Positions 29,547-39,360 are shown, counted from the first letter of the stretch. The stretch is DNA of 64,000 bases from an uncultured Chthonomonadaceae bacterium (GCA_963817895.1 CAWFQB010000001.1:928001-992000), one strand, 5' to 3'. The notes: generated from the sequence alone by a model not told the origin. Numbers and translations: made by a program.

Positions 29547-30306
29547 ATGGCACAGCTACCCATTGGGCTGCAACTGTATTCCGTGCGCGAAGACGCGCAA
29601 AAAGATTTATCGCGCGTCCTCAAAGAAGTGGCGCGTATCGGCTACGCGGGCGTGGAGTTCGCGGGCTACTACGGCCACAGCGCGACCGACATTCGCGCCA
29701 TGCTCAACGACCTGAACCTGAAATGCTGCGGCACGCACACGGGACTGAACACGCTGACAGGCGACGAACTGCAAAAGACCATTGAGTTCAACCAGACTAT
29801 CGGCAACACCTATCTGATCGTCCCCGGTTTGCCGAAAGAGCGCACCGAGTTCGAAAGCCGCGTGGCTGGAAACCGCCCGCATTATGAACGAAATCAGCGA
29901 CAAGGTGACGCCGCTTGGCATGAAGACCGGCTACCACAACCACCACACCGAATTTCACGACATGGACGGCGAACTGCCCTGGGACATTTTCTTCGGCAAC
30001 ACCAAACCGGAAGTTGTCATGCAGTTCGACACGGGCAACGCCATGCACGGCGGCGCGGAAGCCGGCCCGTTTTTGCGCCGCTATCCCCACCGCGCCCTGA
30101 CCGTCCACCTCAAAGAATACTCTGCCACCGATGACAAAGCCCTGATCGGCGAGGGCGATGTGAAGTGGGACGAGATATTCAATCTGTGCGAAACCACAGG
30201 GGGTACGCAGTGGTACATCGTGGAGCAGGAGAGCTACGCCTATCCGCCCCTCGAATGTGCCGAAAAATGCCTGCAAAACCTGCGCAACATGGGCAAAATA
30301 GGATAA
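29547..30306 (+). CDS. Sugar phosphate isomerase/epimerase (xylose isomerase-like TIM barrel), +1 frameshift near 29848
   Basis: IGLQLYSVRE, GVEFAG; GYHNH, FDTGN, VHLKE, WYIVEQE lie in the second frame. Confidence 0.85.
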
Positions 30307-30313
30307 GAACCCT

Positions 30314-30497
30314 TTCACCACAGAGACACAGAGACACAGAGGCTTCACAGAGGTAAGACGATGAGGAGAGAGGAATAGCGAGACAAAGTGGTGTTGCTTT
30401 TCCGTATGATTTGTGTCTTTCACGATTCCTTATCTCCTGCTTTTCTTCTCTATTCCCTCTCTGTGAAGCCTCTGTGTCTCTGTGTCTCTGTGGTGAA
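30314..30497. repeat. Miniature palindromic element with CACAGAGA octamer arms
   Basis: Long near-perfect inverted arms; sibling of 13847-14001. Confidence 0.85.
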
Positions 30498-30520
30498 GGC
30501 GCATTTAAGGAGTTCCGCGC

Positions 30521-31267
30521 ATGGGCCGGTTTGTTGGAGCCGCCGATATTCATTCGCACCCCCTGCCGGGGATAGACGATGGGGCCGAAACGCTGCGAGA
30601 CAGCGTGGCGATGGCCTGCCTTGCCGCCCGGTATGGCACGAACCTGATGGTCGCCACTCCACACCGTTGGTTCAGTGGGCGCGAAAACACGCCCGAACTG
30701 TTGCTGCGCCTGACGCATGAGGTGAATCAGGCGCTACAGACTATCCCCTGCGGACGGTTTATTCAGATTATCGCCGGACAGGAAGTTCCCCTGCGCCCCG
30801 AAACAGCGGAAGAACTCCAACACCGCCGCCTGCTCACGTTTGGGGATGAGGGTAAGTACGTCCTTGTAGAGCCGCCGTTCGACCATCTGCCGGGTTGGAC
30901 GGTTCAGGCTCTTGCGGACATTGTGAAAATTGGGATTACGCCGGTTTTCGCCCACCCCGAACGCAACGCCGATGTGCAGCGCGATCCCTCGATTCTGCGC
31001 GAAGTCGCTTCCGTGGGCGCTTGTATTCAACTGACGGCGATGAGCGTGGAGGGCGTCAACGGCGAACGCGCCCAACGCGCCGCTTTCTGGGCATTGGACA
31101 ACGATGTGGCAACCGTGATCGCGTCCGACTGCCATTCCCCCACTCGCTGGCGTCCTCCCACCATGCGGGGCGCGTACCACCTTCTTTGCCGCAAATACGG
31201 CGAACCCCTCGCCCGCAAACTCTGCATCACCAACCCCACCGCTATTGCCCTTAGTCAGACGCTTTAG
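30521..31267 (+). CDS. PHP-family tyrosine-protein phosphatase (CpsB/CapC/YwqE-like)
   Basis: DIHSHPLPGIDDGA, ATPH, GQE, AHPERN, ASDCH. Confidence 0.9.
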   Translation: MGRFVGAADIHSHPLPGIDDGAETLRDSVAMACLAARYGTNLMVATPHRWFSGRENTPELLLRLTHEVNQALQTIPCGRFIQIIAGQEVPLRPETAEELQHRRLLTFGDEGKYVLVEPPFDHLPGWTVQALADIVKIGITPVFAHPERNADVQRDPSILREVASVGACIQLTAMSVEGVNGERAQRAAFWALDNDVATVIASDCHSPTRWRPPTMRGAYHLLCRKYGEPLARKLCITNPTAIALSQTL

Positions 31268-31408
31268 AGTTGTTAGTTGTTAGGTTGTTAAGTCTTCAGG
31301 TTGTTTGTCTATCACCCCTGTACGCAGGCATCCCTTACGCTTATCTCTCCTCAACCTAACAACCTAACAACCTAACAACTAACAACTAACAACTAACAAC
31401 TAACAACC
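31268..31408. repeat. Inverted GTTGTTA / CTAACAA heptamer arms
   Basis: Tandem repeats on both sides of a ~50-nt core. Confidence 0.8.
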
Positions 31409-31426
31409 TTCCCCCACAAATATGCC

Positions 31427-31454
31427 TGAGACTCCCTCCTCCATCTGCCGACAA
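31427..31454 (+). promoter_or_regulatory. Possible sigma-28 promoter for flgB
   Basis: GCCGACAA -10-like box at 31447-31454; -35 match is weak. Confidence 0.3.
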
Positions 31455-31579
31455 TTGGAAAGGAAGCCGTTGTTAGCAACAAACTCCCTTCCAGTCAGGC
31501 AAAGGCAGACTCTTCTGTCTTAACTCTCCAGCGCTTTGTCCCTGACACCCGATACCTGACACCTCTTTGGGAGCCAGCC

Positions 31580-31966
31580 ATGTTCGACAAACTTTTCGGC
31601 GGCGATACGCTCGTCGCCAGCACCCGCGCCCTCGACGCTTACGCCCTGCGTCACCAGACGATTGCAAACAATCTCGCCAACGCCAACACGCCCGGTTACA
31701 AACGGCAGGAGGTGCGTTTCGAAGATCAACTTGCCAGCGCGCTTCAAGCAAGTAATAATCCGGCGGCAAGCGGGCTGCATACGGTTTCACAGGTGACGCC
31801 CACCGTTGCCACAGTCGGCAACACGTCCGCCCGCGCTGACGGCAACAATGTGGATTTAGAATCCGAAAACATTGATCTCGCCGTCAACACCCTGCGCTTC
31901 GAAGCCCTGTCGCAGCAGGTCGGCGGCTACTTCACCGGTTTGAAAGCCGTGATTAATTCTAAGTAG
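31580..31966 (+). CDS. flgB: Flagellar basal-body rod protein FlgB
   Basis: IANNLANANTPGYK, RADGNNVDLE. Confidence 0.95.
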   Translation: MFDKLFGGDTLVASTRALDAYALRHQTIANNLANANTPGYKRQEVRFEDQLASALQASNNPAASGLHTVSQVTPTVATVGNTSARADGNNVDLESENIDLAVNTLRFEALSQQVGGYFTGLKAVINSK

Positions 31967-32089
31967 ATAGGTAGATGGGTAGATGGTAGATAGGTAGAGA
32001 TTGGCTCTTGTAGGCTGCTCTTGTCATGCAAATTGTGAGTAGACGGGCATTTTTACCTATCTACCATCTACCCATCTACCTATCTACCT
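31962..32089. repeat. GTAGATAG / CTATCTAC inverted-arm element between flgB and flgC
   Basis: Tandem 7-8-mers in inverted arms; core similar to the 34779-34913 core. Confidence 0.85.
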
Positions 32090-32102
32090 TCTGGAGTTTC
32101 TT

Positions 32103-32546
32103 ATGCCCCTCGGTTCTTCCATGCAAATCAGCGCGTCGGGTCTGACGGCGGAACGCCTGCGCCTGGACGTTATCAGCAACAACATCGCCAACGTCAACAC
32201 GCCCAATTTCCGGCGTCAGGAAGTGATTTTCACGTCACGCGGCGCTGGAAGCAGTTTCGCGTCACAACTGGCATCGGCGCAGAAGGGCGGACTGTCCGAC
32301 AATGCGGGGGGAACCGGCGTACAGGTATCGGCCATTCGCCCCGATACCGCCACCGGCTTCAAAGTGATTCACGATCCCTCCAACCCGGCAGCCGATCCCT
32401 TAACCGGTAACGTCAACATGCCCAACGTCGAACCTATCATTGAAATGGTGGACATGATGGCGGCCACGCGCGCTTACGAAGGCGGACTTACCGCTATCAA
32501 CGCCGCCAAGCAGATGCAGCAGCGCGCACTCGACATCGGACGCTAA
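32103..32546 (+). CDS. flgC: Flagellar basal-body rod protein FlgC
   Basis: ISASGLTAERLRLDVISNNIAN, DPSNPAAD, MPNV..EMVDMM. Confidence 0.95.
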   Translation: MPLGSSMQISASGLTAERLRLDVISNNIANVNTPNFRRQEVIFTSRGAGSSFASQLASAQKGGLSDNAGGTGVQVSAIRPDTATGFKVIHDPSNPAADPLTGNVNMPNVEPIIEMVDMMAATRAYEGGLTAINAAKQMQQRALDIGR

Positions 32547-32551
32547 AAACT

Positions 32552-32905
32552 ATGAGTATCAACGCTATCAACTCCATTTCCGACATTACCACGCCGGACC
32601 GTAATTTGAAATCCGGGCTGATGCCCGAAGCGATTGCGTCTGCGCCCATGATGACGCCCGTTGCGGAACCGGGCAGCGAACCAACCAAATCCTTCGGAAA
32701 AATGCTGTCGGATGCCATTGCCGAAGTGAATCAGGCGCAGGTACACGCCGGGGACATGACCGCGCGTTTCGCGGCAGGCGAACCGATGGACGTGCATCAG
32801 GTGATGATCGCGTCGCAGGAAGCGAGCGTCGCGCTCAATCTCGCCATGCAAGTCCGCAACAAACTCGTGGATGCGTATTCCGAAATCATGCATGTGAATG
32901 TTTAA
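32552..32905 (+). CDS. fliE: Flagellar hook-basal body complex protein FliE
   Basis: DVHQVMIA..QVRNKLVDAYSEIM. Confidence 0.95.
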   Translation: MSINAINSISDITTPDRNLKSGLMPEAIASAPMMTPVAEPGSEPTKSFGKMLSDAIAEVNQAQVHAGDMTARFAAGEPMDVHQVMIASQEASVALNLAMQVRNKLVDAYSEIMHVNV

Positions 32906-33041
32906 GAGGGTAGACAGGTAGGTGGGTAGGTGGGTAGGTGGGTAGATAGGTAGTAAAGCCGTTGTCTTTACAAATTATACGCAAGAAGCAAAAAGGTATT
33001 TCCTACCCATCTACCCATCTACCCACCTACCTGTCTACCTC
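32906..33041. repeat. GTAGGTGG/GTAGATAG inverted-arm element between fliE and fliF
   Basis: Inverted tandem arms ending just before CCGAAGGAG (SD). Confidence 0.85.
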
Positions 33042-33053
33042 CTCCGAAGGAGT

Positions 33054-34778
33054 TTGCCCGTGTTAGACCGCGCGCGAGAATGGTGGGGACGCCTGGGGCG
33101 CACCAATCAAATCACTCTGGGATTGACCACGCTGGGCGTACTCATCGCGCTCATCGGCTTTGTCACTTGGGCCGGGACGCCGGATTACGTGCCGCTGTTT
33201 TCCAATCTGTCGGCGCAGGATGCCAACGCCATCACGGAAAAATTGCGCGAAGGCAACGTGCCTACCAGGCTGGCGCAGGGCGGCGCGGCCATTGAAGTGC
33301 CGGCGCAATACGTGGATGAGTGGCATGTGAAGATCGTGTCGGCGGGCCTTCCCGCCGCCTCCGCTTCCGCCACGATGGGACTTGACGACGTTCTCAGCGG
33401 CGCGCACATGGGCGACACTTCCGATATGGAGCAACTGCGGATGCGCCGGTCGCTGGAGGGCCGTATCAGCAAAAGCCTGATGATGATGGACCCGATTGCC
33501 AATGCGGTCGTGCATTTCGCCGCCTCGGACAGCAGCCCGCTTCTGATGAGCAATCACGACGCCTCGGCGTCCATCCTTGTCACCACCAAACCCGGACGTT
33601 CGCTTTCCGATGAGAATGTGCGCGCCATTGTGCGCCTGACGGAAATGGCGTATACCGGCCTTCAAGAAAAGAGCATCAGCGTCACCGATTCGCAGGGAGA
33701 TGTACTTTTTGACAGCAGCCACGCGGGCGGAGCCGGGGGCGCGGACATTGACAAAGTGCGCCACAAGATGGAGTCCGAAAAACGCGCGGAACTGCAAAAC
33801 GCGCTGAACATCGTATGCGGCCCGCGGAGCAGTATCGTCACGGTCAGCGCGGAATTCAACACGGACACCAAAACGGAGATCAAAACCGATTCCACACCCG
33901 GTGTTCCCACAATGAAATCTACGCGGGAAACCAAACTGGATGGCAAGGGCAGCATCAACAATCCGGCTTCCCCCGGCGCGAACGCCAATGTCAACGGCCT
34001 GCCGACTGCGGGCGCAGCCGGGGGAGCCGCGACGCCAACCTATAACTCGCCTGCCAGTGTTTCCAATGGAACCTATCTCGAAACGGAGAGTGTCAACAAC
34101 TATGCGCCGGGTACGGATCAGGTCAAGACGGAGAGCGGACCGGGCAAGCTGGAAAAGATGAGCGTCAGCGTCCTTGTGGACAGCAACAAGTACAAAGATG
34201 CTGCAGCGCTTGCAAGCGTTGTCGCCAAAATCAAGGAGACCATCGCCACCTACATCATGGCGGTTCCCGGCGAGGCTGCGAACGCGCGCATGGTATCCGT
34301 TGTGGACATGCCGTTCGACCACTCGCAGGAGATGCAGGATCAGCTTGCGGGCGATCAGCAGCGCCGCGCCGACATGTTCAAACAGCTTGCCGGCCTGCTG
34401 GTTCCCTTCCTGATTATGGGCGTGGCGCTGTTCCTGCTGGCGCGGGCCTTGCGCAAATCCAACCCGGTTTCGTTTGCCAGAACGCCCCTTCTGGCGGGGG
34501 CAGGCGCGGGAATGGGAATGGGAGCCTTGCCGCCCGGTTCGTCCCTCCTGCTGGATGGCGACGGCGTTCCGATGCCCGGCCAGATGGTCGGCAGCGCGGA
34601 CATGATAGATGGCGAAGACGGCCCGCTCGCGCTTTCCAATGGCAGCAATCTGCCCAAGAGTTTTGAAGTGATTGAAGAGACATTCGATGCCGACCTGGAA
34701 AGCATCCTGCACCTGACCCGCGCCAAGCCGGACATGGTTGCCATGCTGTTGAAGAGTTGGCTGAGTGAGGAGCAGTAG
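33054..34778 (+). CDS. fliF: Flagellar M-ring protein FliF
   Basis: Two TM segments, YVPLFSNLSAQDA, RSLEGRI, C-terminal AMLLKSWL; TTG start after AAGGAG. Confidence 0.9.
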   Translation: MPVLDRAREWWGRLGRTNQITLGLTTLGVLIALIGFVTWAGTPDYVPLFSNLSAQDANAITEKLREGNVPTRLAQGGAAIEVPAQYVDEWHVKIVSAGLPAASASATMGLDDVLSGAHMGDTSDMEQLRMRRSLEGRISKSLMMMDPIANAVVHFAASDSSPLLMSNHDASASILVTTKPGRSLSDENVRAIVRLTEMAYTGLQEKSISVTDSQGDVLFDSSHAGGAGGADIDKVRHKMESEKRAELQNALNIVCGPRSSIVTVSAEFNTDTKTEIKTDSTPGVPTMKSTRETKLDGKGSINNPASPGANANVNGLPTAGAAGGAATPTYNSPASVSNGTYLETESVNNYAPGTDQVKTESGPGKLEKMSVSVLVDSNKYKDAAALASVVAKIKETIATYIMAVPGEAANARMVSVVDMPFDHSQEMQDQLAGDQQRRADMFKQLAGLLVPFLIMGVALFLLARALRKSNPVSFARTPLLAGAGAGMGMGALPPGSSLLLDGDGVPMPGQMVGSADMIDGEDGPLALSNGSNLPKSFEVIEETFDADLESILHLTRAKPDMVAMLLKSWLSEEQ

Positions 34779-34913
34779 GAGGGTAGATAGGTAGATGGGT
34801 AGGTAGGTAGACAGTAGAAATCCGTTCCTGTAAGCTGCTGCTACAGCATGAAGTTCTGAGTAGAAGGGCATTTCTACCTATCTACCTATCTACCTATCTA
34901 CCTATCTACCTCT
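34779..34913. repeat. GTAGATAG / CTATCTAC inverted-arm element between fliF and fliG
   Basis: Same architecture and similar core as 31962-32089. Confidence 0.85.
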
Positions 34914-34927
34914 CCGAAGGAGACCCC

Positions 34928-35953
34928 GTGAGACCTACCCAAGCCCCGCAATTGAGCAGTCGGCAAAAAGCGGCCATTCTGATGGTGGCGCTCGGCGCGG
35001 AAGCGTCGGCCAAAATATTCAAGCACCTGCGCGAAGATGAGATTGAGAATATGACGCTGGAAGTGGCGCGAATGGGCAAAATCGCCCCGGAAGCGCGGCG
35101 TCAGGTGGTGCATGATTTTCATGAGATGTGCATCGCGCAGAACGTGATTTCCGAGGGCGGCATCGAACAAGCGCGCAACGCGCTGATCGCCGCGTTCGGG
35201 ACCGAAAAAGCCAACGAAGTCGTCAACCGCGTCACGCAGGCGTTGCAGGTGCTGCCCTTCGACTTCATCAAGAAGACCGATCCCACGCAGCTGTTGTCCT
35301 TTATTCAGGACGAACACCCGCAAACGATTGCGCTGATTCTGGCGCATCTGGATTCCAAACAGGCGGCTGCGGTCGTATCCGGGTTGCCGCAGGAACTCCG
35401 GGCGGAAGTGGCGCGGCGTATCGCCATTATGGATCGCACGCCTCCTGAAGTGGTGCGTGAAATCGAGCGCGTTCTGGAGCGCAAGCTGTCGGGCGCGGTC
35501 GTAACGCAGGCATTCACCGCGGCGGGCGGCGTGAAATCGCTGGTCGAAATGCTGAACTACGTAGACCGCACGACGGAAAAAACCATTCTGGAAAACCTCT
35601 CGGAAACCAGCCCGGAACTGGCCGACGAGGTGAAGAAACTGATGTTCGTGTTCGAGGACATTACGCTTCTGGACGACGGCTCGATCCAAAAGGTGCTGCG
35701 GGAAGTGGATGGCAAAGAACTCGGCCTCGCGCTCAAGGGCGTGGGCGAGGAGGTGCAGTCGCGCATCTTCAAGAACATGAGCGAACGCGCGGCAACCATG
35801 CTCAAAGAGGACATGGAGTTCATGGGGCCGGTTCGCCTGCGCAACGTCGAAGAGGCGCAGCAGCGCATTGTGGGCGTGATACGCCGTCTGGAAGAGAGCG
35901 GCGAAATCGTCGTGGCGCGCGGCGGTGGCGGCGGCGACGAGATCATTATATAG
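34928..35953 (+). CDS. fliG: Flagellar motor switch protein FliG
   Basis: QKAAILM, EHPQTIA, MFVFEDI, NMSERA. Confidence 0.97.
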   Translation: MRPTQAPQLSSRQKAAILMVALGAEASAKIFKHLREDEIENMTLEVARMGKIAPEARRQVVHDFHEMCIAQNVISEGGIEQARNALIAAFGTEKANEVVNRVTQALQVLPFDFIKKTDPTQLLSFIQDEHPQTIALILAHLDSKQAAAVVSGLPQELRAEVARRIAIMDRTPPEVVREIERVLERKLSGAVVTQAFTAAGGVKSLVEMLNYVDRTTEKTILENLSETSPELADEVKKLMFVFEDITLLDDGSIQKVLREVDGKELGLALKGVGEEVQSRIFKNMSERAATMLKEDMEFMGPVRLRNVEEAQQRIVGVIRRLEESGEIVVARGGGGGDEIII

Positions 35954-36038
35954 TGAGAGTGGAGAGTGGAGAGGAGAGTATACATTCCTTACTCTCACTC
36001 TCACTCTCCACTCTCACTTCCTCCTCCTCTCACTCTCA
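35953..36038. repeat. GAGAGTG / CACTCTC inverted-arm element
   Basis: Sibling at 49222-49286. Confidence 0.75.
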
Positions 36039-36053
36039 CCTGTACCAACACCT

Positions 36054-36929
36054 ATGAACCAAATCAAAAAAAATCCTTTTGTACCTTTGACCGAGTTGGG
36101 ATTGCCGCGCATCGGGCAGGAGAACGCGAAGAACGCGGAGCCGGTAAGCTGGTTTCAAACCCTTGCGCCCGAACTGTCCGCCCTGCCTGCCGCGCCCTCC
36201 GTTGCCATGCCCTTCCCGATTCAGCGCAACGGCGCGGTTCCCGCGTTTGCCGCGTTTCGGGATGTGGGCGAGATCGAACGCGAGGGGCGCGAACGGCGCA
36301 TGATGGGCCTGCCGGAACCGCCGGAAATCCTCGCCATGCGCTATCAGGCGGAACAAACCGCGCAGGAACTGGTCGGGCAGGCGTACATTCAGGCGCAGTC
36401 CGTTGAGGACGAGGCGCGGCGGCAGGGCTACGCGGTTGGTTACGCGGAGGGCATGGCGGCGGGACGGGCGGAAGCGGAGCGGATTGTCGGGTTGCAGGCG
36501 GAAGCGGACAAAGCAGGCTGGCAGACAGACATTGCCGCGTTTATCGCGCATGTCGAAACCGAGCGCGAATCCGCCTGGAACGCGATGGAGCCGCAAATCA
36601 TCAGCATGGTTTTTGAACTGGCGAAGCACGTCATCAAGCAGGAGGTGGAAGTAAGCCGGGATGTGGCCCTGTCGGTCACGCGCAACGCCCTGCGCCGGGT
36701 CGTGGAGGGCGGCACGCTACGTATCCGTGTCAACGCCGAAGACCTGCCCACTGTGCGCGGCAACCGCGAAGAACTGCTCACACTGGTAGACAACATTCGT
36801 CACGTCGAAATCATCGAAGACCGGCGCGTGGGCGCGGGCGGCTGCATCGTGGAAACCGATGCCGGCAGCATAGACGCCCGCCTTGAAACCCAACTCGCCG
36901 AAGCCGCAAACCTCCTCGAACTGAATTAA
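36054..36929 (+). CDS. fliH: Flagellar assembly protein FliH
   Basis: GxxxG repeats (GYAVGYAEG), IRVNAEDL, GGCIVET..GSIDA. Confidence 0.9.
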   Translation: MNQIKKNPFVPLTELGLPRIGQENAKNAEPVSWFQTLAPELSALPAAPSVAMPFPIQRNGAVPAFAAFRDVGEIEREGRERRMMGLPEPPEILAMRYQAEQTAQELVGQAYIQAQSVEDEARRQGYAVGYAEGMAAGRAEAERIVGLQAEADKAGWQTDIAAFIAHVETERESAWNAMEPQIISMVFELAKHVIKQEVEVSRDVALSVTRNALRRVVEGGTLRIRVNAEDLPTVRGNREELLTLVDNIRHVEIIEDRRVGAGGCIVETDAGSIDARLETQLAEAANLLELN

Positions 36930-37034
36930 CAAAGCCTGAATACTTCACCCAACTCTTCTGGGTCGCGTCTGCTGCTTTTGAAAGCCGACGCTTCTCATCC
37001 TCTCGCTGCATAAATTGCGGCGTTTACTGTTAAA

Positions 37035-37066
37035 AAGTCCAGCAGAAAATCTCTGCTGGATTTCTT
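37035..37066 (+). terminator. Hairpin, likely terminator after fliH
   Basis: TCCAGCAGA-aaatc-TCTGCTGGA followed by TTTCTT. Confidence 0.6.
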
Positions 37067-37093
37067 GACAATGTTTCTCCTCGCCTTCATAAT
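37065..37093 (+). promoter_or_regulatory. Sigma-70-type promoter
   Basis: TTGACA-N17-CATAAT. Confidence 0.65.
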
Positions 37094-37187
37094 GTGATTG
37101 TAAACAATGCGCTGGTCCTTTACTCTGCTGAGTACGGGTTCTTTACACACTTGCTTACTTTTTCAATACAGAGTGAAGGAGTTTGTT

Positions 37188-37517
37188 ATGGCAGGCCGTC
37201 CTGATTTTTTGAGTTTAGTCTCTAACAACACGCCCCCGCGCGTAAAAACCAACCCTTCTGCTGTGAAAGAATTGACGACTTTATTAACCGATGAGGAAGT
37301 AAAAAGAATAGGCAAAGAGAAGTACGAGCAACGCTTTGCGCCTACTTTGGACACAGAGGAGAATCGCGGCAAATTCTTCGTTTTAGATGTGATAACGGAT
37401 GCTCATGAGGTAGGCGACAATTTGTTGGCGTTACTGAAAAACGCCACGAACCGGAATTCTGATGATAATATCTATGTGTGCAGAATCGGAAGTGAATCGG
37501 TTTTCAGCCTCCATTAA
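37188..37517 (+). CDS. Hypothetical protein (DUF5678-like partner of the clan AA protease)
   Basis: GKFFVLDVIT...YVCRIG; AAGGAG SD; AT-rich. Confidence 0.6.
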   Translation: MAGRPDFLSLVSNNTPPRVKTNPSAVKELTTLLTDEEVKRIGKEKYEQRFAPTLDTEENRGKFFVLDVITDAHEVGDNLLALLKNATNRNSDDNIYVCRIGSESVFSLH

Positions 37518-37521
37518 CCCC

Positions 37522-37884
37522 ATGATAATTGGCACTGTCAGCGACGATTTTAAGGCTGTTATCAGCCTTGATTTTTATAATCAATTTGATAAGCCCATCA
37601 CGTTTCACAAGAACTATATCGACACCGGGTTTAACCACGATGTTTGTATGCCCGCCGCTGAAATCAGGCTGCTCGGATTGGAACTTGCTACGAACAGGCC
37701 GATGAGTATGGAACTTGCCGATGGCAACAAAATTGATGTACCCGTGTACATCGGTAAACTCAAATGGCTGGACGTTGTACAAGAAGTTTTGGTTGTCGCT
37801 ATGGGCAATGATGTGCTGCTTGGCATGGGGCTTTTAGCGACGTGTAAAACAACAATTGACCATAGAGTTATCACTATGGAGTGA
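37522..37884 (+). CDS. Clan AA aspartic protease (AF_0612-like)
   Basis: IDTGF, LADG, LLGMGLL. Confidence 0.8.
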   Translation: MIIGTVSDDFKAVISLDFYNQFDKPITFHKNYIDTGFNHDVCMPAAEIRLLGLELATNRPMSMELADGNKIDVPVYIGKLKWLDVVQEVLVVAMGNDVLLGMGLLATCKTTIDHRVITME

Positions 37885-37905
37885 CCTTGCCGCCGATGTT
37901 CGCGG

Positions 37906-39360
37906 TTAGACAATAACAGCTTTGACGACACTGGCCGGTTCTACGCCGGTTAGTTTGGCGTCCAATCCCTGAAATTTAATTGTGAATAGTTCGTGGTCTA
38001 TGCCGCACAGGCGCAGCATGGTGGCGTGTAGGTCGTGCATGGTCACGATGTTTTCCACCGACTTGTAGCCTAATTCGTCTGTTGCGCCATACGTGACGCC
38101 GCCTTTGATGCCGCCGCCCGCCATGAACAGCGAAAACGCGTTGATATGGTGGTCGCGTCCTGTTCCCTGTCCCATCGGCGTCCGTCCGAACTCCCCGCCC
38201 CACAAAACCAGCGTGTCTTCCAGCATCCCGCGCTGTTTCAAATCCCGAATCAGGGCCGCGCTTGCCCGGTCAGTCTCCTGCGCGGCAATCGGCATGGCCT
38301 GTTCGATGTTGCCGTGATGATCCCAGGCGCGATGATACAGTTGGATGAAGCGGACGCCCCGTTCCGCCAGTCGCCGCGCCAGCAGGCAATTGGACGCGAA
38401 ACTTCCATCCCCGGGCTGCTTGACGCCGTACATATCTAATGTGGACGGCGGCTCTTGTGACATATCGGTGAGTTCCGGCACGCTCGACTGCATTTTGAAG
38501 GCGAGTTCGTACTGCGCGATTCGGGTTTGGATTTCCGGGTCAACCCGCTCTTCAGCCAGCATCCCGTTCAAGCGTTGTATCTCTTCCACGACAAGCCGTT
38601 GCGTGGATTGGCACACGCCTTCGGGGTTGCCGACATAATGCACGGCATTGCCCTTCGTTTGAAACTGTACGCCCTGACATTTTCCCGGCAGAAATCCGCT
38701 CGACCACTGCCGCGCCGAAACGGGCTGCGCGCCGCCCGCTTTGCCGACCGATACCAGAACCACGAATCCGGGCAGACTGGCCGTTTCGCTTCCCAACCCG
38801 TACAGCAGCCACGACCCCATGCTAGGACGGCCCTTCAGAATCGAGCCGGAGTTCATAAACGCCTGCGCCGGGTCGTGGTTGATCTGTTCCGTCACCATGG
38901 AGCGGATGATGCAGATGTCATCCGCCAGTCCGCCGATATGCGGGAACAGTTCCGAAATCTCCTGCCCCGACTGCCCCCACCGCTTGAAGCCGACAAACGA
39001 ACCCCGCGCTTTCAACACCGCGCCCTGCAACTGCGCGAGTTGCTGGCCTTTCGTCAGCGATTCGGGAAACGGCTGGCCGTTGAGTTTGTTCAATTCCGGC
39101 TTGTTGTAAAAGGTTTCAAATTGCGACGGCCCGCCCGCCATGCACAGGTGAATGATGCGTTTGGCGCGAACGGGAAACTGCGGCGTCGGCAAAACCCCCG
39201 CCGACCTGCCGCCTCCCGCTGTCGGTTGTTGATCCGCCCACGCCATGTTGGGCAGAAGCGAACTCAGCGCAAGCCCGCCCAATCCATACGCGGACTGCTG
39301 CAAAAACGCGCGCCGGTTAATACTTCGCGCAAAGTTTTCATTGTCGAAAGGGTTGTTCAT
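37906..39360 (-). CDS. DUF1501 (sulfatase-like) protein with Tat signal
   Basis: RRAFL, MAGGPSQFE, ARRLAERGVRF, WGGEFGRTP. Confidence 0.92.
   Translation of the reverse strand: MNNPFDNENFARSINRRAFLQQSAYGLGGLALSSLLPNMAWADQQPTAGGGRSAGVLPTPQFPVRAKRIIHLCMAGGPSQFETFYNKPELNKLNGQPFPESLTKGQQLAQLQGAVLKARGSFVGFKRWGQSGQEISELFPHIGGLADDICIIRSMVTEQINHDPAQAFMNSGSILKGRPSMGSWLLYGLGSETASLPGFVVLVSVGKAGGAQPVSARQWSSGFLPGKCQGVQFQTKGNAVHYVGNPEGVCQSTQRLVVEEIQRLNGMLAEERVDPEIQTRIAQYELAFKMQSSVPELTDMSQEPPSTLDMYGVKQPGDGSFASNCLLARRLAERGVRFIQLYHRAWDHHGNIEQAMPIAAQETDRASAALIRDLKQRGMLEDTLVLWGGEFGRTPMGQGTGRDHHINAFSLFMAGGGIKGGVTYGATDELGYKSVENIVTMHDLHATMLRLCGIDHELFTIKFQGLDAKLTGVEPASVVKAVIV

Noticed and set aside
31440..31580. 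c-di-GMP riboswitch upstream of flgB
   Set aside because: GGCAAA is present but the GAAA tetraloop/GCAAAG two-stem architecture could not be built.
33063..34871. Long antisense ORFs such as 33063-34871, 34898-36004, 56354-57661, and the 5' extensions of 61611-63395 and 14012-15790
   Set aside because: Shadow frames of GC-rich real genes, with no recognisable motifs.
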